Part shown: one piece after another, positions 25,230 through 37,067 of the stretch
Layout: each line of letters starts with the position of its first letter
Position numbering within the stretch: position 1 is the stretch's first letter
Source: Ramazzottius varieornatus
Taxonomy: Eukaryota > Animalia > Tardigrada
DNA: 64,000 bases
Direction: 5' to 3'
Assembly: GCA_001949185.1 (NCBI GenBank)
Contig: BDGG01000001.1
Span: forward strand, 5,011,624-5,075,623
The notes under the pieces: generated by a model
The model's input: the letters and a program-made list of their open reading frames with translations, nothing else
Databases searched by the model: none
Told to the model about the DNA's origin: nothing
Program-made: the position numbers and the translations under genes

Positions 25230-28200
25230 ATGAGCTCATTCCAAATGAGCGGCAGTAGCGACTGCAAGTATGTTGTGCCCACCCAAAGCGAAACCTTCCA
25301 TCAGTTCGCCACGGGATATGCGCACCATCCGCTGAAATGGACGGATTCGTCGCAGTTCGGGTCGAACACCATTCTGGGGTATTTAGCTTCGCCTATACTT
25401 CTGGGCCAGACGAATCTACTGCGACCAGCCGAAATCAAGGAAGAAGACAACAACGGAATGCTGACGAAGTTCAAGAGAGAAGACGACGGAATCTCCCCGG
25501 AGCGCGAACAGCCCTTGTCTGGTGCTAACTGCCATCAGCATCACCACGACGGAATGGCTTGGGAGGGTCAGACGACGAGTAGCACAGGCAGTGGAAGTCT
25601 GGTAGAATCAGAAGTTACCGCTAACTCCGAGGGAAATATTACACATGGCCGGACAGCTGCTCGCCGTAAACGGTAAGTGTGCGCTGTAGTGGTGTGTATA
25701 GTGTCTGGTCCATTCTCATCACTGGCCTTTCACATTGTACCGTCAAGGGAAATAGGCTGCAGTGACGTATCACGTGACATCACTGCGGATCGATTCCCAG
25801 CTGTTACAGCTCAAATGCATCACGTGGTGGGAGGGCAGACGCACAGCTGGCAAAGTCAAACATTTCCATACAAGTCGGCAGAAAAGCACTTCTCGCACTT
25901 CTTCTGTTTTTCCAAAACCTTCTTTCCGCCATCATTTGCCTGCCGGTGATTTTTCAAATTCGGGAACGAACGACTTTTTTTGCGATCATTCGGCAAATGG
26001 GCCACTCAGCCCTTCTGGTAGGATCTGAATCCGCCAATTTTCGAAGAGTTTCTCAGATCTCTAGTCAGAGGCGGTGTGAATCAGTTCATCGGTTTCACGT
26101 TGAAATTTTGGAAAAACATCATGAGGAAGCTTGAGATGCCCACGTCAGATGTTTGGCCTCCGAACATCCGATCGTTCGATCTAAAGTGAATTACACTGTC
26201 GTACCGCCATATGGTCAGTCGCCTGACTGGTCTATCCGATGGCAGATGACGATGACATCATGAATGGTTCTTTTTAATCGATTCTAGGGGATTATTATTG
26301 TGGTAGTGGGGTGAACGCTTTGCTTGTGTTGGAGTGTCGTGTTACATTGCATGGTAGACGGCATAGTGCATATAGTGAGTAGCTGTGTAAGCAGGGCAGA
26401 TAGTGGAGTGTTGAAATCACGGGGTAGCCTCAAAAGCAGTAACCTTCCGCCATATCCAAGTCAAGTCTTTACCCATCGATCGACGATCGAGCTCGTTGTA
26501 AGCCTAGCAGAAAAAAATTGAGGTAGTTGCGATAGCAACACAAGGTCGCTGTACGCGAGGTATTTCGCTCGGGGAGAGAACCGGTTTTTTGACCCTCTAT
26601 AAGCCACTTGAAAAAATGTGCAGCCTTTGCAGGCCCTGTGACTGACTCTCAATAGTCTCCACAACCGTCTTTTGCTGATCAATACAATACTATAGCCTCT
26701 AATGAGAGCTACTCATGAGAAGAAAGATTTGTACTCTTGCCGCCGCACGGCGCACGCCGACCTTCCCTTCGTTCGTCTGCCGTTTTGGCGTTCGCGGGTC
26801 TCACAGGAATTGAGATATCATGTCTCATCCATGTCGACATGAAAAGGCAGTAAAAACCGTGGTGGGCAACGACTAGACCCCACCGCTTCGTCGAATAATA
26901 CGCCAATTACCGGAATTAGATTTCCGCGACACAAATCTCATTGGAGACTGAGAGGAAGCTTTATGACTGTGCATGATATCCAAAGAAACGCTGGGAAAAA
27001 ATATGTTGCTCATTTCCTGGTCTTACTAAATTTCTTTTGCAAGAGTAGATGGGGGACAAGGTGATTCACCTTCCATGAAATTTGTGGACTTCGTCATTTC
27101 ATTACATCTGTTTCATACATCTTCAAGCAGGTTGGGTTCTTCTGGTTCTCAAGGCATCAATAAAATACTTTGATCGCTGATATTTTATTGAGCAGTCAGC
27201 TGAAAGACGAAATGATGGGGGTACGCGGAAAGATTAGCTCAGAGAATGTCAGCAGGGTTCAAGTGTCGAACAGATACAGGTTGACGCGCGCGTACCCTGT
27301 ACCGCGGCTCGCGTCTGCGTCATGTGGACTCCGGCAGACCTGAGCACCCTACTTTTGACGTTTGAGCAGTGGGAGGCATCATAAACCCCGAAAAGGTCTT
27401 CAAGGTCCTCCCCATCGCCCTGCAGAAAACTTAGCTGAAGTGCCAGGCGCGGGAACTTCCTCCTCAAACAGACTTTCGACAGGGAAGCAGCTAACTGGGA
27501 CAGTGGATCGATTGCGACGAGTGGGTCGCTGACGTCAACGCGAGACTCTACCGTACCCATCGAGCGTACTCCTGCTGAGCTGTGATTCATCACGCAGCTC
27601 GCACGTGATGACGTGTCTCGGCGTACACGTCATGCGTATAAAGGTGCAGGAATGCGGATCCGCCCAACGTACGACGTGAGAAGTCTCGCTTGATCGATCG
27701 TTTCGCAATGGACCATCAGCTGTCTCGTCTTCTCATTGGCTGACACTCAACACAGCCTCGACAGTGCGCATCGTCAGTACCGCCCTGTACTTGCACTAAT
27801 ACGTTTGTGCATGCGCGGCGGCCAGATTTGCACACCGCACACGTCTATGTGGCCGAAGCCGAGCAGCTGTTCGACATCTTTTCGGCGGTTCTTTTTTCGC
27901 AATCGCGTCCTTCGAAGGACTGCACAGCTGACGAACAGCTGACTCTCTTCTTACGCCATTTCCGGTGGACTAGATCGCTTTTCGACGTCGTCAACGATCT
28001 TCCACCTGGACTACACTATCCCTGGATCTTGTGGAAGGCTTGTCTTTACAGGTTAGCGATGCCACGACGGCAAAAGGCCGTTACGCAAGAGGAAGAGGAG
28101 ACGCCTGCTGAGGAGATGGAACCTGAAGGAGAAGAATATTCTGGAGAGGTCGACGAAGCTACTAGCAGTCCAGAAGAGGAATCGCCGATGTCCGGCGAAG

Positions 28201-30718
28201 GTGATGGAAGCTATTCGCTGTCGCAGTCAACGTCTAGCTACCCGCAGGAAGCAATGAGTGGGGCCAGGCGTCGGAGCAAGTCAGCTGGGGGAAGGTAATG
28301 CGTAATCAACATCGATGATGAAATGTCTGCGCCGTCTTATCGCAGTTGTAGAGGGGAGAAAGCCCTGGCGAGGAGCGTCAGCTGACGACATGGACGCAGA
28401 GAGTGTCTGTGTAATCTCCGTTCGATTTTAAGCGAAAGAGTCTGTCCTATGCGGGGGAAAATGGAGCACGAGAAATGCTACGACTTGAGGCTTATTGATT
28501 TGTGATGGACCTGATGGTGGCGTCAGCTGACGCGGTGTGTGTAGTGAGTCAGGCTGGTCTATTGAACTGTCTCGATTGATGTTTGTGTCCCTTGAGCGTT
28601 ACGAAACGTCTGGATTGTACCGTAGGATTTACTTGAATGATAGAGGGAGATGTTGATGGCGCCGTGGGATGTTTGAGTTAGAACTCTGAAAAAGAGAATG
28701 GACCAGTTGTAGAAATTAATATTGTGCGCAGAAACATGTTAACGTACCGTGTTTGTTGTGATTTCAGGGGGACGGGTGGTGGAAGGAAAGGCTCGCAGGC
28801 ATCGCAGCAGCAACAGATGGTCCATGCTGAATCTCCCGATGGTTCACAGCCCATCGACAAGAAGCAACGCCGGGAGATCGCCAACAACAACGAACGTCGC
28901 CGCATGCAGTGCATCAACAATGGCTTCTCCACACTCCAAGGCATCCTACCCAGACACTTTACCAAACGTGGTGAAAAGATGAGCAAGGTACGAAACCAGG
29001 AAGATACAGGGAAATAAAACCAAAGTCGGAACGCGAATGAATGGCCGTCTGTTCGGCAATCAACTGATCAGATCGCCAGTCTGACATCACGAATGTGGCA
29101 GTGTTCATGTCTGCTGTGTTCATGTCATGCTCGAACTGATGTCAAAGCGCGACAGACTTGCGCTTGGAGCTTCCGGCTGTGGATCTACGACCGTCTTAGA
29201 ATCGGTCTCTATGCCGTGGTTTTTGGTTTTCTTTGATGTTTATGCTTCTCTTGTGCTTTTTTTAAGGCGGCAGTCTTACAGTGCACTGTCGAATACATCC
29301 AGAAACTGGAAGCGGAGAACATCAAACTGAAACGCACCAATACGTCGCTTCTGCATAAAATCAACGGCACTGTCCCAACCGAAGGTATGTAAATCCCAAA
29401 TATCAGACAGATGATACTGATACAAGATCGTAAAGTGGAGCTTCACAAAATAGAGTAATTCGTATGAAATTTCGACATTTGAAAAGGAAATTCTTGTTGT
29501 GGACTAACCTTATTGATATCAGTGCACTATCGTTTGCATATTGTGAACATCGATTTTACTAAGCGAATCATGTGATTTTGACGTGGGACTGTTATGGTAG
29601 AAGAGACTGCAGTTCCTGAGGTCGTCGTCAAGCCAGAAGAAGACGTGGAAGAGATGGAAAGCAAGGAAGAATCGCCCCAGCCAGCCGGCACAGTTCAGCT
29701 GGATGTCCACCAACTGGTCAACCTGACCGAACACTGGCGTCGAAAGTGCCAGCATGAACGCGCTGTCCGCACGGAGATCGAGCAGAAACTAAGAGGTGTG
29801 CTGAGCGACATGCAGTCCTGTCCTGCCCAAACCTGCAACCTCCGCAGCCAAGACTACCTCGCGTCTCTCCCTGCCAGCAGTCCCAGCGAGGCAGCGGACC
29901 CTGACCCCAACTATGACTCCATCATCGCCCTACCTCAACACACGCACAACGCCACAGTCTTCACCCTCGAAACCTCTCAAGGTACGACCATTAAATAAAT
30001 CAGCGTTGTCGATAGAAGGAAAAAGGGAGTTGAGAGCTCGGCAAACAAACTTAATCAGATCGACTTCCCAAGTGGCGTACTTTTCTGGTAGTATTGTCTG
30101 GGAGCGTGCGCCACTTGGAGAAACGATCTGGTCGAATTTGTCTCGCGAGCTCCCCTGGGACAACAACCAAAACATACTCAAATCAAGATAAAATAAAGAG
30201 TATTTTGAGTGTTTAAGACAAATTATCCCAGCGAACTGCGGAATATGCTCACACTTGTGCGAGAGGGAAGAGTTTAAAAGGTAGCAGAAATGGATTGTAA
30301 TATGCTGTTTGTATTTTTAGGGGAAAAGCGGAAGAACCCTCTGCGTTGTCCGTGTGGAAGTCCAGCCTGCAATGTCCTGGTTTGCTACCAGGCGAACCAG
30401 ACCAGTAAGAAAGGCAAAGGCGGTCGAAAGCCCAGAAATACCAAGCGTTCAAGAGCCGAAGCCACCAAAGCTTTCTCCAGCCCTGTGAAAGGTGAAAGGG
30501 AGACGGATATGCACGGCTTTCAGATTCTGATGGAAGCCATCAACCACACCCAGCAGGAATGTAACCGAAGTGACTCTGGCTGTTCAGAAGAAACCTTCGA
30601 ATCGACAGAGCCACCAAAGAAACGCAGTAAAGCAGCGGTCATTCCCGAGGAAGAGAATGAAAGTAGTCCCTCACAGGAAACACCCGAAGAAGATGACGAG
30701 GAAGGCTCTTCGGCTTGA
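25230..30718 (+). CDS. TFAP4: bHLH-ZIP transcription factor AP-4 (cropped)
   Basis: 'RREIANNNERRRMQCINNGFSTLQGILP...GEKMSK|AAVLQCTVEYIQKLEAENIKLKRTN' matches the AP-4 bHLH. A second coiled coil 'EHWRRKCQHERAVRTEIEQKLR' and a C-terminal 'ILMEAINH' (TIV-like motif) follow. Exons: 25230-25672, 28052-28294, 28768-28987, 29267-29383, 29601-29981, 30321-30718 (approximate). Confidence 0.9.
27601..27643 (+). promoter_or_regulatory. Putative internal AP-4 promoter
   Basis: CACGTG (27602), the inverted pair ATGACGTGT/ACACGTCAT (27608-27633) and TATAAAG (27637-27643) are packed into 43 bp, upstream of an exon with its own ATG (28059). Confidence 0.55.
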
Positions 30719-31980
30719 AAAAGTGAAAGAAAATGAAAGATCTATAATTTAAAACTTAATTTATCTTTTTTATAAAACCTTTGCTGCTTTGTTCAATATT
30801 GCACAATACTTTGCGCGCTTGATTTGATGCATTCGCCAATTTCGTACTATATGGAAATCCTACAGTGGTTTGGTGGGTTTTTGTGCGGGGATGAAAAGTC
30901 TTCTCAGTTATTCTTGGCAACTATGTTCACACACGTACCTATCCGCTCCCCTTTCTTCTTCTGCTACTGGAAATGCACCGTTGGTGATCTACTGTTGTTC
31001 CACTTTGTACTAGTATGAAACAATGATTTTTCGATGCTTGTCATTTCTGTCTTTTACTGATCAACGTTGCGCTTGGATCTTTGTGGTAATCTTGAGTGTT
31101 CTGCGCTGTGTACTATTTTTCGCCTGTTTTGAGTGCTGTTCCGCCCTCATTTTCTGATCCTTCAAACTCCTCTTGAAGTAAAACTCTCGCTCATACCACA
31201 TATGGTGTGTGACTTTGTGCAAACTGTATACGAACACCAGAAGCTATGCAGGGTCCTCCCAGGAAACCATTTTCGGAATAAACAGAGTACATATGGTTGA
31301 CGGTTTCGTATGTGATCCGCTGCGATGGATGCTTGCCAGTTGTTTACCGCGATGACAGGTGAGCATCCTGATCTTTTGACGTGGCAATGCACCAGGCAGA
31401 AACTTTCTATACGAAATCAACAGTCAACAGAAACCGTAATATTCGATAAACTTCCGCAACGAACTGCATACGTAGCTTCGGGGTTCTTGAGCAAAAACCC
31501 CAGCGTCCAGCTTTGGAAAACATGCCGGTAACCGGAACCGGAGTGTGACGTGATGGTTTTCACATCGCAGCCGGAAACCGCATTGAGCGGTGCATCTCAT
31601 AACGATCACCCGGGTTCAACGGAGATCCAGGCACCACGCTAAGATGTTCTCTATAAGAAGACACCTTCCGTGCAGTTTAATCCTTCCCCAACTCAGTGTC
31701 CTTCTACGACACAACTTCTACTCCTGTTAACTGCTTGGAACCCAGCCATGATGTCTTTGATGTCATGTCACCTGAGGCAAACTTCTTCGCTCGATGGACG
31801 CATTTAACATATATGGACCATCCAAGCATCTCCGTTCTTCTTTTCGCTGCCGCCGGTAGCGAAACAGGATGTCCGTCAGCGAAGCGTGGCTGTTTACTTG
31901 CAGTTTTGCACGTTAGGTTTTCGCTGACAGGCATCCGCACCAGCTGCAAGCGGCACCCGGAAGGGAGAATGCAGGGTCAA

Positions 31981-32277
31981 ATGAATATCGTCGACCGAGT
32001 GAAGAAGGGTTTGCTTGGGGCAGCAGTCTTCTGCACGGCACTTTTCTCACAGAGCGCAGCAGCGGATAGGCTCGGTACAGCGATGAGTACTCCGTAGAAG
32101 AACCCATCGGTTTCTCCGAGAATGAAACGCCAAACCGGGGGGCGCGGAAATGTGAAGTGTCTTCCTGTATCCTGCCAAATGTGTGGTTGTCTGCCGGGAA
32201 ATTGCGGAGCCTGGTGCAAGAAGTGTGGAGCTACTGAAGATCTCGGAACCTCCCGGAATATCCCCAAAGGACCCTAA
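31981..32277 (+). pseudogene. Putative secreted Cys-rich prepropeptide interrupted by one in-frame TAG
   Basis: Signal-like MNIVDRVKKGLLGAAVFCTALFSQSAAA, TAG at 32095-32097, RMKR furin site, then QTGGRGNVKCLPVSCQMCGCLPGNCGAWCKKCG...*. Confidence 0.4.
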
Positions 32278-32415
32278 TTCATCGTAACCATGCAGCAAAG
32301 ACATCATTACGCTAGACGAGCAAAGATTTTGGCTGGCTGTTCTAATCCGGGCATTATTCGGCGAAATCTTCCTGCTGGCACGATGGCGTTGCTTTACCAG
32401 GATATTTCTTCTGTA

Positions 32416-32577
32416 CAGGCGCCTGCCCGAAATGTTGGCATGGACAAAAATGTGGGCAGCGGAGCAAAATCGGCGCTGTTGAGATTGATCTAATTGATTG
32501 GTCGACTTCAGCTGGACCGTGCCGCTTTCGCTCCGTGGCCCATTCTTGTCCATGCCCACATTTAGGGCAGGCGCGTG
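32416..32577. mobile_element. Fold-back MITE with TA flanks (Tc1/mariner-like)
   Basis: Arms 32419-32452 and 32541-32574 match at 31/34, and pairing extends inward. TA on both sides. Confidence 0.6.
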
Positions 32578-32671
32578 TATGTATACGTTCACTAAACACT
32601 GCCAACTTAAAACATGAAAAGAGGCTTCCGGATTCGACCGAATGACAGCCGTCACACAGTTTACGTCTAGA

Positions 32672-33906
32672 TCAGTTGAGGAGACACGATTCATAAGTGG
32701 GTATCATGTATTTAATGTTGATAAAAGCATCTTCTCCACCGTGACGCTCCAGCAGCTCCAGAGTCTCGTTGATCTACGAGGAAGAAAAACAATGTAACCA
32801 ACGTAACTCATATGACAGGCATGATGGAGAACTTATCTCTGGAACACAGTACGTACCAAGTCTCCAAGATTTTCCCGTTGCTGCTGACTGCAAACGAAAG
32901 ACACTCCGGTTAATGTATACTCGAGGACCGGACGTGGTTGCCGCTTCTTACCTATATTCGATCCCGTCGCCAAGATTTGCTGCAAGAATAAACACCCTCT
33001 GTAACGCAAACCACAACGAGTAAACAGCAGTTGAGTGAAAGAGGAAACTCGCACCGTTTTTGAACTTGAAGATATTGAAAGTGGGTAAGAGTTGACGGTA
33101 GTAGGGTACTAAAGCCTCGCCACAAAGATCACAGCAGAGGATGAGGTGCTGAAGAACCTTCAGCGTCGTACACATAACTTGTTGATTATGCGTTATTAAA
33201 GCTCCTGAAAGCAGATGAAAATGGAATTTTAGTAATACATGGCCCATCGATCAGTTTTCCGTGACAGAGAAGTCGAGGCTTACTTTTTAGCGGCATAATA
33301 AGCTGGGGTACAACAGGCAAGATCAAAGGGCCGCCATGCTCAAGTAGGTCGTGGGTTCCTTGTCGCGCGAAAAACTCGTAAGGATGCGTCGTTTCCCGCA
33401 GTCCCTCAAAAAAGAGGGGCAGATAGTGGTGATAGTCAATCTTGTCCAGCGGAATCTACGAGAAGAAAGTAGGCGGTACAGTAGTCGACAGGGAACGAAG
33501 TCCAAACGATGTCGGAACGATATCCAAAGACTTCGTTAACAGAAAACTCTGCTCGTACTTTCCAGGCTATCCTGTTGCCTCTCGCTGTGTGCTCCAAGGC
33601 GATAGGAAAGTCTCCTCGCTCGTAGAACTTCTTGAAGACGGTGGTGGCGATGGGGCGCGGCTTGAAGATGCCAGTGATGGTAGGTAACGCTACCTTCAGC
33701 ACAAATTGAAGAATACTGTAACGATGAGAACCCCAGAGTCTGATCGGTGATGGTAGCAAAGTGAGGCTTACCTGGACATTATTCTGGCGACTTTGTGTGG
33801 AAAAGCCGGGAACGATGCGTTTGTGGGCCTGTTTGGCTTTTGCTGCTTTGTCGTTGATGCTCTTAACTCCGCGAGTATCGTAGAAGACCTGTTTCTCCTT
33901 CTTCAT
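32672..33906 (-). CDS. PACRG: Parkin co-regulated gene protein (axonemal inner junction)
   Basis: '[26 protein letters not shown]', '[14 protein letters not shown]', '[19 protein letters not shown]', 'NLGDGIEY', '[19 protein letters not shown]'. Confidence 0.96.
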
Positions 33907-34316
33907 AGCACGTCCCGAAGAACAGTCACACAGTGGCTTTGAACATCAACTTAAGGAATCGAATAAGCGACTCTCCTTAAAGCTCCATGCAAAATTAAAG
34001 GTCGAGAATATGCAGTTTCCGCTCAGAATACAACAAAATATGAATCTTCCTGCGACTTCCGGCAGAATCCTAATCACGAAACAGCCATCTGTAAGGCGAA
34101 GTGGAATATGGTGGTTGCTCGTGCTTGGATGCGAATATCCAGAGTGCAGGATGTGATGGAGGTATTGCTGAAGGGGCTAGTTGTAGTGAGCGGAAACCGG
34201 TTGTAGACTTGTGACTTTTGTTGCTGTTATCAAGGACACTCAACTCGACCTGTTGGATACTACAAACACAAAGTAGCAGTCCGCGCTGGACGTCCAAACT
34301 GACCACTCAGCCCCGG

Positions 34317-34330
34317 GTAACTACAGCAAC
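34317..34330. promoter_or_regulatory. X-box-like (RFX) motif upstream of PACRG
   Basis: GTAACTACAGCAAC, one mismatch to GTHNYYATRRNAAC, about 410 bp upstream of the PACRG ATG. Confidence 0.4.
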
Positions 34331-34910
34331 TGGTCCGAACTAGTCATCCGAATCTTGCAGATCAGGGCTCAAAGCCTGCTCATGATTACGACGTGCGAAC
34401 TGGGAGGTCCATCACGGCCCAGGTGCGCGATGTCATGTGGGTGGGTCCAGGAGTAGAGCTGGCCTGTGGCTTCTTCGTAGCCGTCCGTCGTCTGAGTCGG
34501 GCAGTCCCTGTACAGCTTCGATACACTCATTCTGAGCAAACCTGTAAAGCAGCGAATACAGCATCGCCGCATCGGATTCAGAGAAAGGCAAGGCAACAGA
34601 ATAATATCCAACTTCCGTCGGAACTCGTAAGTCTATAAAATTTCGACCCTTAAATCCCTCGAGGTCCCCGTGGCCATACTGAGCTGTGCCGGTCTCTCCA
34701 ACGCTGGGGCTTGAAGGCTGTGTCCGACACACACCATGGTCCATGAATAGTTCCCCCCCCGGGGCTCTGGCAACGCTGAACTTTCCTTCTGGCCTTGTTG
34801 ACGTTTCATTCTGATTAATTTATATTCTTCCCGTCTCTTCGTGGTGGTGTTTCTTTGTTGCTGTCTCATACAACGGCGGCGGGATTATAATCCAAGGGAC
34901 CGACACCATC

Positions 34911-36197
34911 ATGAATATCTTTCGGTTATTGGGAGACATCTGCCACTTGGTGGCTATCATCGTTTTGCTCTTGAAGATCTGGAAGACACGATCGTGTGCA
35001 GGCAAGTGACGTCAACATGCTTCATAGTGTGAAGAGGGCTGTCACGTGAAACCGTATTATAAGTATATGGTCACGGGGTTTCCCTGCGCCACTTCATTGC
35101 AGTAAAACGGCTCTTGCTGGTATTTTCCGCCGGTCGATCATGGTGTAATTTTGCAGGTATCTCCGGGAAGAGTCAGATCCTGTTTGCTCTGGTTTACACT
35201 ACACGATACGTGGATCTCTTCTTCACCTATGTGTCGCTGTACAACTCTGTGATGAAAGTCATCTTCTTGGCCTCATCCTATGCCACGCTGTATCTCATTT
35301 ACGTCAAGTTCAAGGTATTGGTCGCCTTACCTTTTTCGCTTCTTTCCTCCTACTGGAACCGTTACAACTCTCTTGCAGGCTACTTATGACTTCAACCACG
35401 ACACGTTTCGCATTGAGTTCCTGCTGATTCCCTGTGTCATCTTGTCCTTGTTGATCACCCACGATTATTCCCCAGTCGAGGTAAGGCAATCAACAATCAG
35501 GCTGCGATTACACCCAGAGGCCAGTGGGAATAGAAACCAAGGTAGAATCGGTATGACGTGTAGCTGGAAGTTCCAACTGAAACAGCAATCGATGCAGCCT
35601 GATTTCTACTCGTCCAAGCAACACGTATAGGCCGGACTTTCTTAAATCAACTGTTGACGTCACCGCTGTTAATGTTGTTCCCATAGGCAGAATAGCAACA
35701 CACGTTGACGTAAACCGTGCGTTTCGGTTTTCTTGGCACCCACTAAGGTTAACCGGGAATGGATATTCTGGATTTTGTCCTTCTGTCTGGGCATAACTCT
35801 TGCTTACTGGGTTCGTGTTACAGTTGCTGTGGACCTTCTCCATCTATTTGGAAGCGGTAGCCATCTTACCACAGTTGTTTATGGTGAGTAAGACCGGCGA
35901 GGCGGAAACGATCACCAGCCATTACCTCTTTGCGTTGGGAGCTTATCGAGCCTTATACATCGTCAACTGGATCTACCGCTACTACACCGAGAGCTTTATC
36001 GATGGCATTGCCGTCGTCGCTGGTATCATCCAGACCATACTCTACGCCGACTTTTTCTATTTATACATCACCAAAGGTAAGTCGACAACGAAAACTGCGA
36101 TCGCGTTCCATATCTGCTCCTCCATCACATTATACCCTAACCTTTTCCTTCTTTGTTTGCAGTTCTCAAGGGAAAAGATTTCAAGCTACCGGCATGA
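34911..36197 (+). CDS. KDELR: ER lumen protein-retaining (KDEL) receptor
   Basis: 'MNIFRLLGD...[10 protein letters not shown]|ISGKSQ', 'RYVDLF', '[18 protein letters not shown]', '[13 protein letters not shown]', ending '[11 protein letters not shown]'. Five exons; intron 1 is GC-AG. Confidence 0.97.
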
Positions 36198-37067
36198 AAA
36201 AATAGGCTGCTAGAAACGAATCGACTATACCACTCGATTTTTTCCGAACTTCTCTGCTTGTCTCTCAAGGTGGAGCTCGAATGACAAGTTCGTGCTAAAT
36301 TTTTGACCCGCGATTTTTTCGAGCTTGTATTTAATCCTTGTTTCATGGGTACGTACTTCGTGGTTTATAAACTATCTCGGGCGTTTCGGAAAGTCTATTT
36401 GACTACACGAAGTCCCGTACGGATTTTGATTTCTGTGGTCTCGCATGTCAAGAAGGCTCGTACAGAAGTCAGAAGTCGGAACCTCTTAAAGTGAATGAGC
36501 ATAGCCTCAAAAACTTAACTTCCATAAGGTTCTGAGCTATCAATCTGGAATCTGCAGATGATAATCCAGTCGGAAATTCAAGACGGTTCAGACCTGGCAG
36601 ATCAGTCTTATGAGTTTTGCCTCTTTTTGACGCACGAATACTTGGCGTGGGCGCCACTTGCATCTGACGTTGCCCGACGCTGCCCGACGTTGACCGAGCA
36701 ATCGCGCCGACGATTCTCGCTGAATTTATTGCCGGACTTCTGGCGGCAGGCCCAGTTCAGCGATTACGCGGCGAACCAGACGCTACTCGGAACTCTCGAA
36801 ACCAAAGAAGCACCAGAGCTTAGTTACCTTCGATTTCTTCTTCGAAGACTCAATCTACAGTCCGTAGATCGTGGCATCTATACTTTATCAACACCTCCGG
36901 TTTTGTTACCGAAAAGTTAGAGCAGCACACAGCTGGTTGGCAACCTTCACACACTGTGAAATGATCAGTAGGTTCGAAACACTGGTACGTCTGTGGCGTT
37001 CAACAGCGGGTAAGGCCCGTCTAGACGCATTGCAAGGTTTCGTGTATGCATGTGGGACGTTAGCGCC

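Noticed and set aside
32416-32577. Hairpin as a SECIS or readthrough element for the upstream Cys-rich ORF, or as a pre-miRNA
   Set aside because: The stop is TAG, not TGA, and no SECIS core is evident. TA flanks and terminal inverted repeats fit a MITE better.
34369-34611. Minus-strand ORF containing 'KLYRDC' (LYR-motif-like)
   Set aside because: Nothing beyond the tripeptide resembles LYRM proteins, and it lies in the PACRG/KDELR promoter region.
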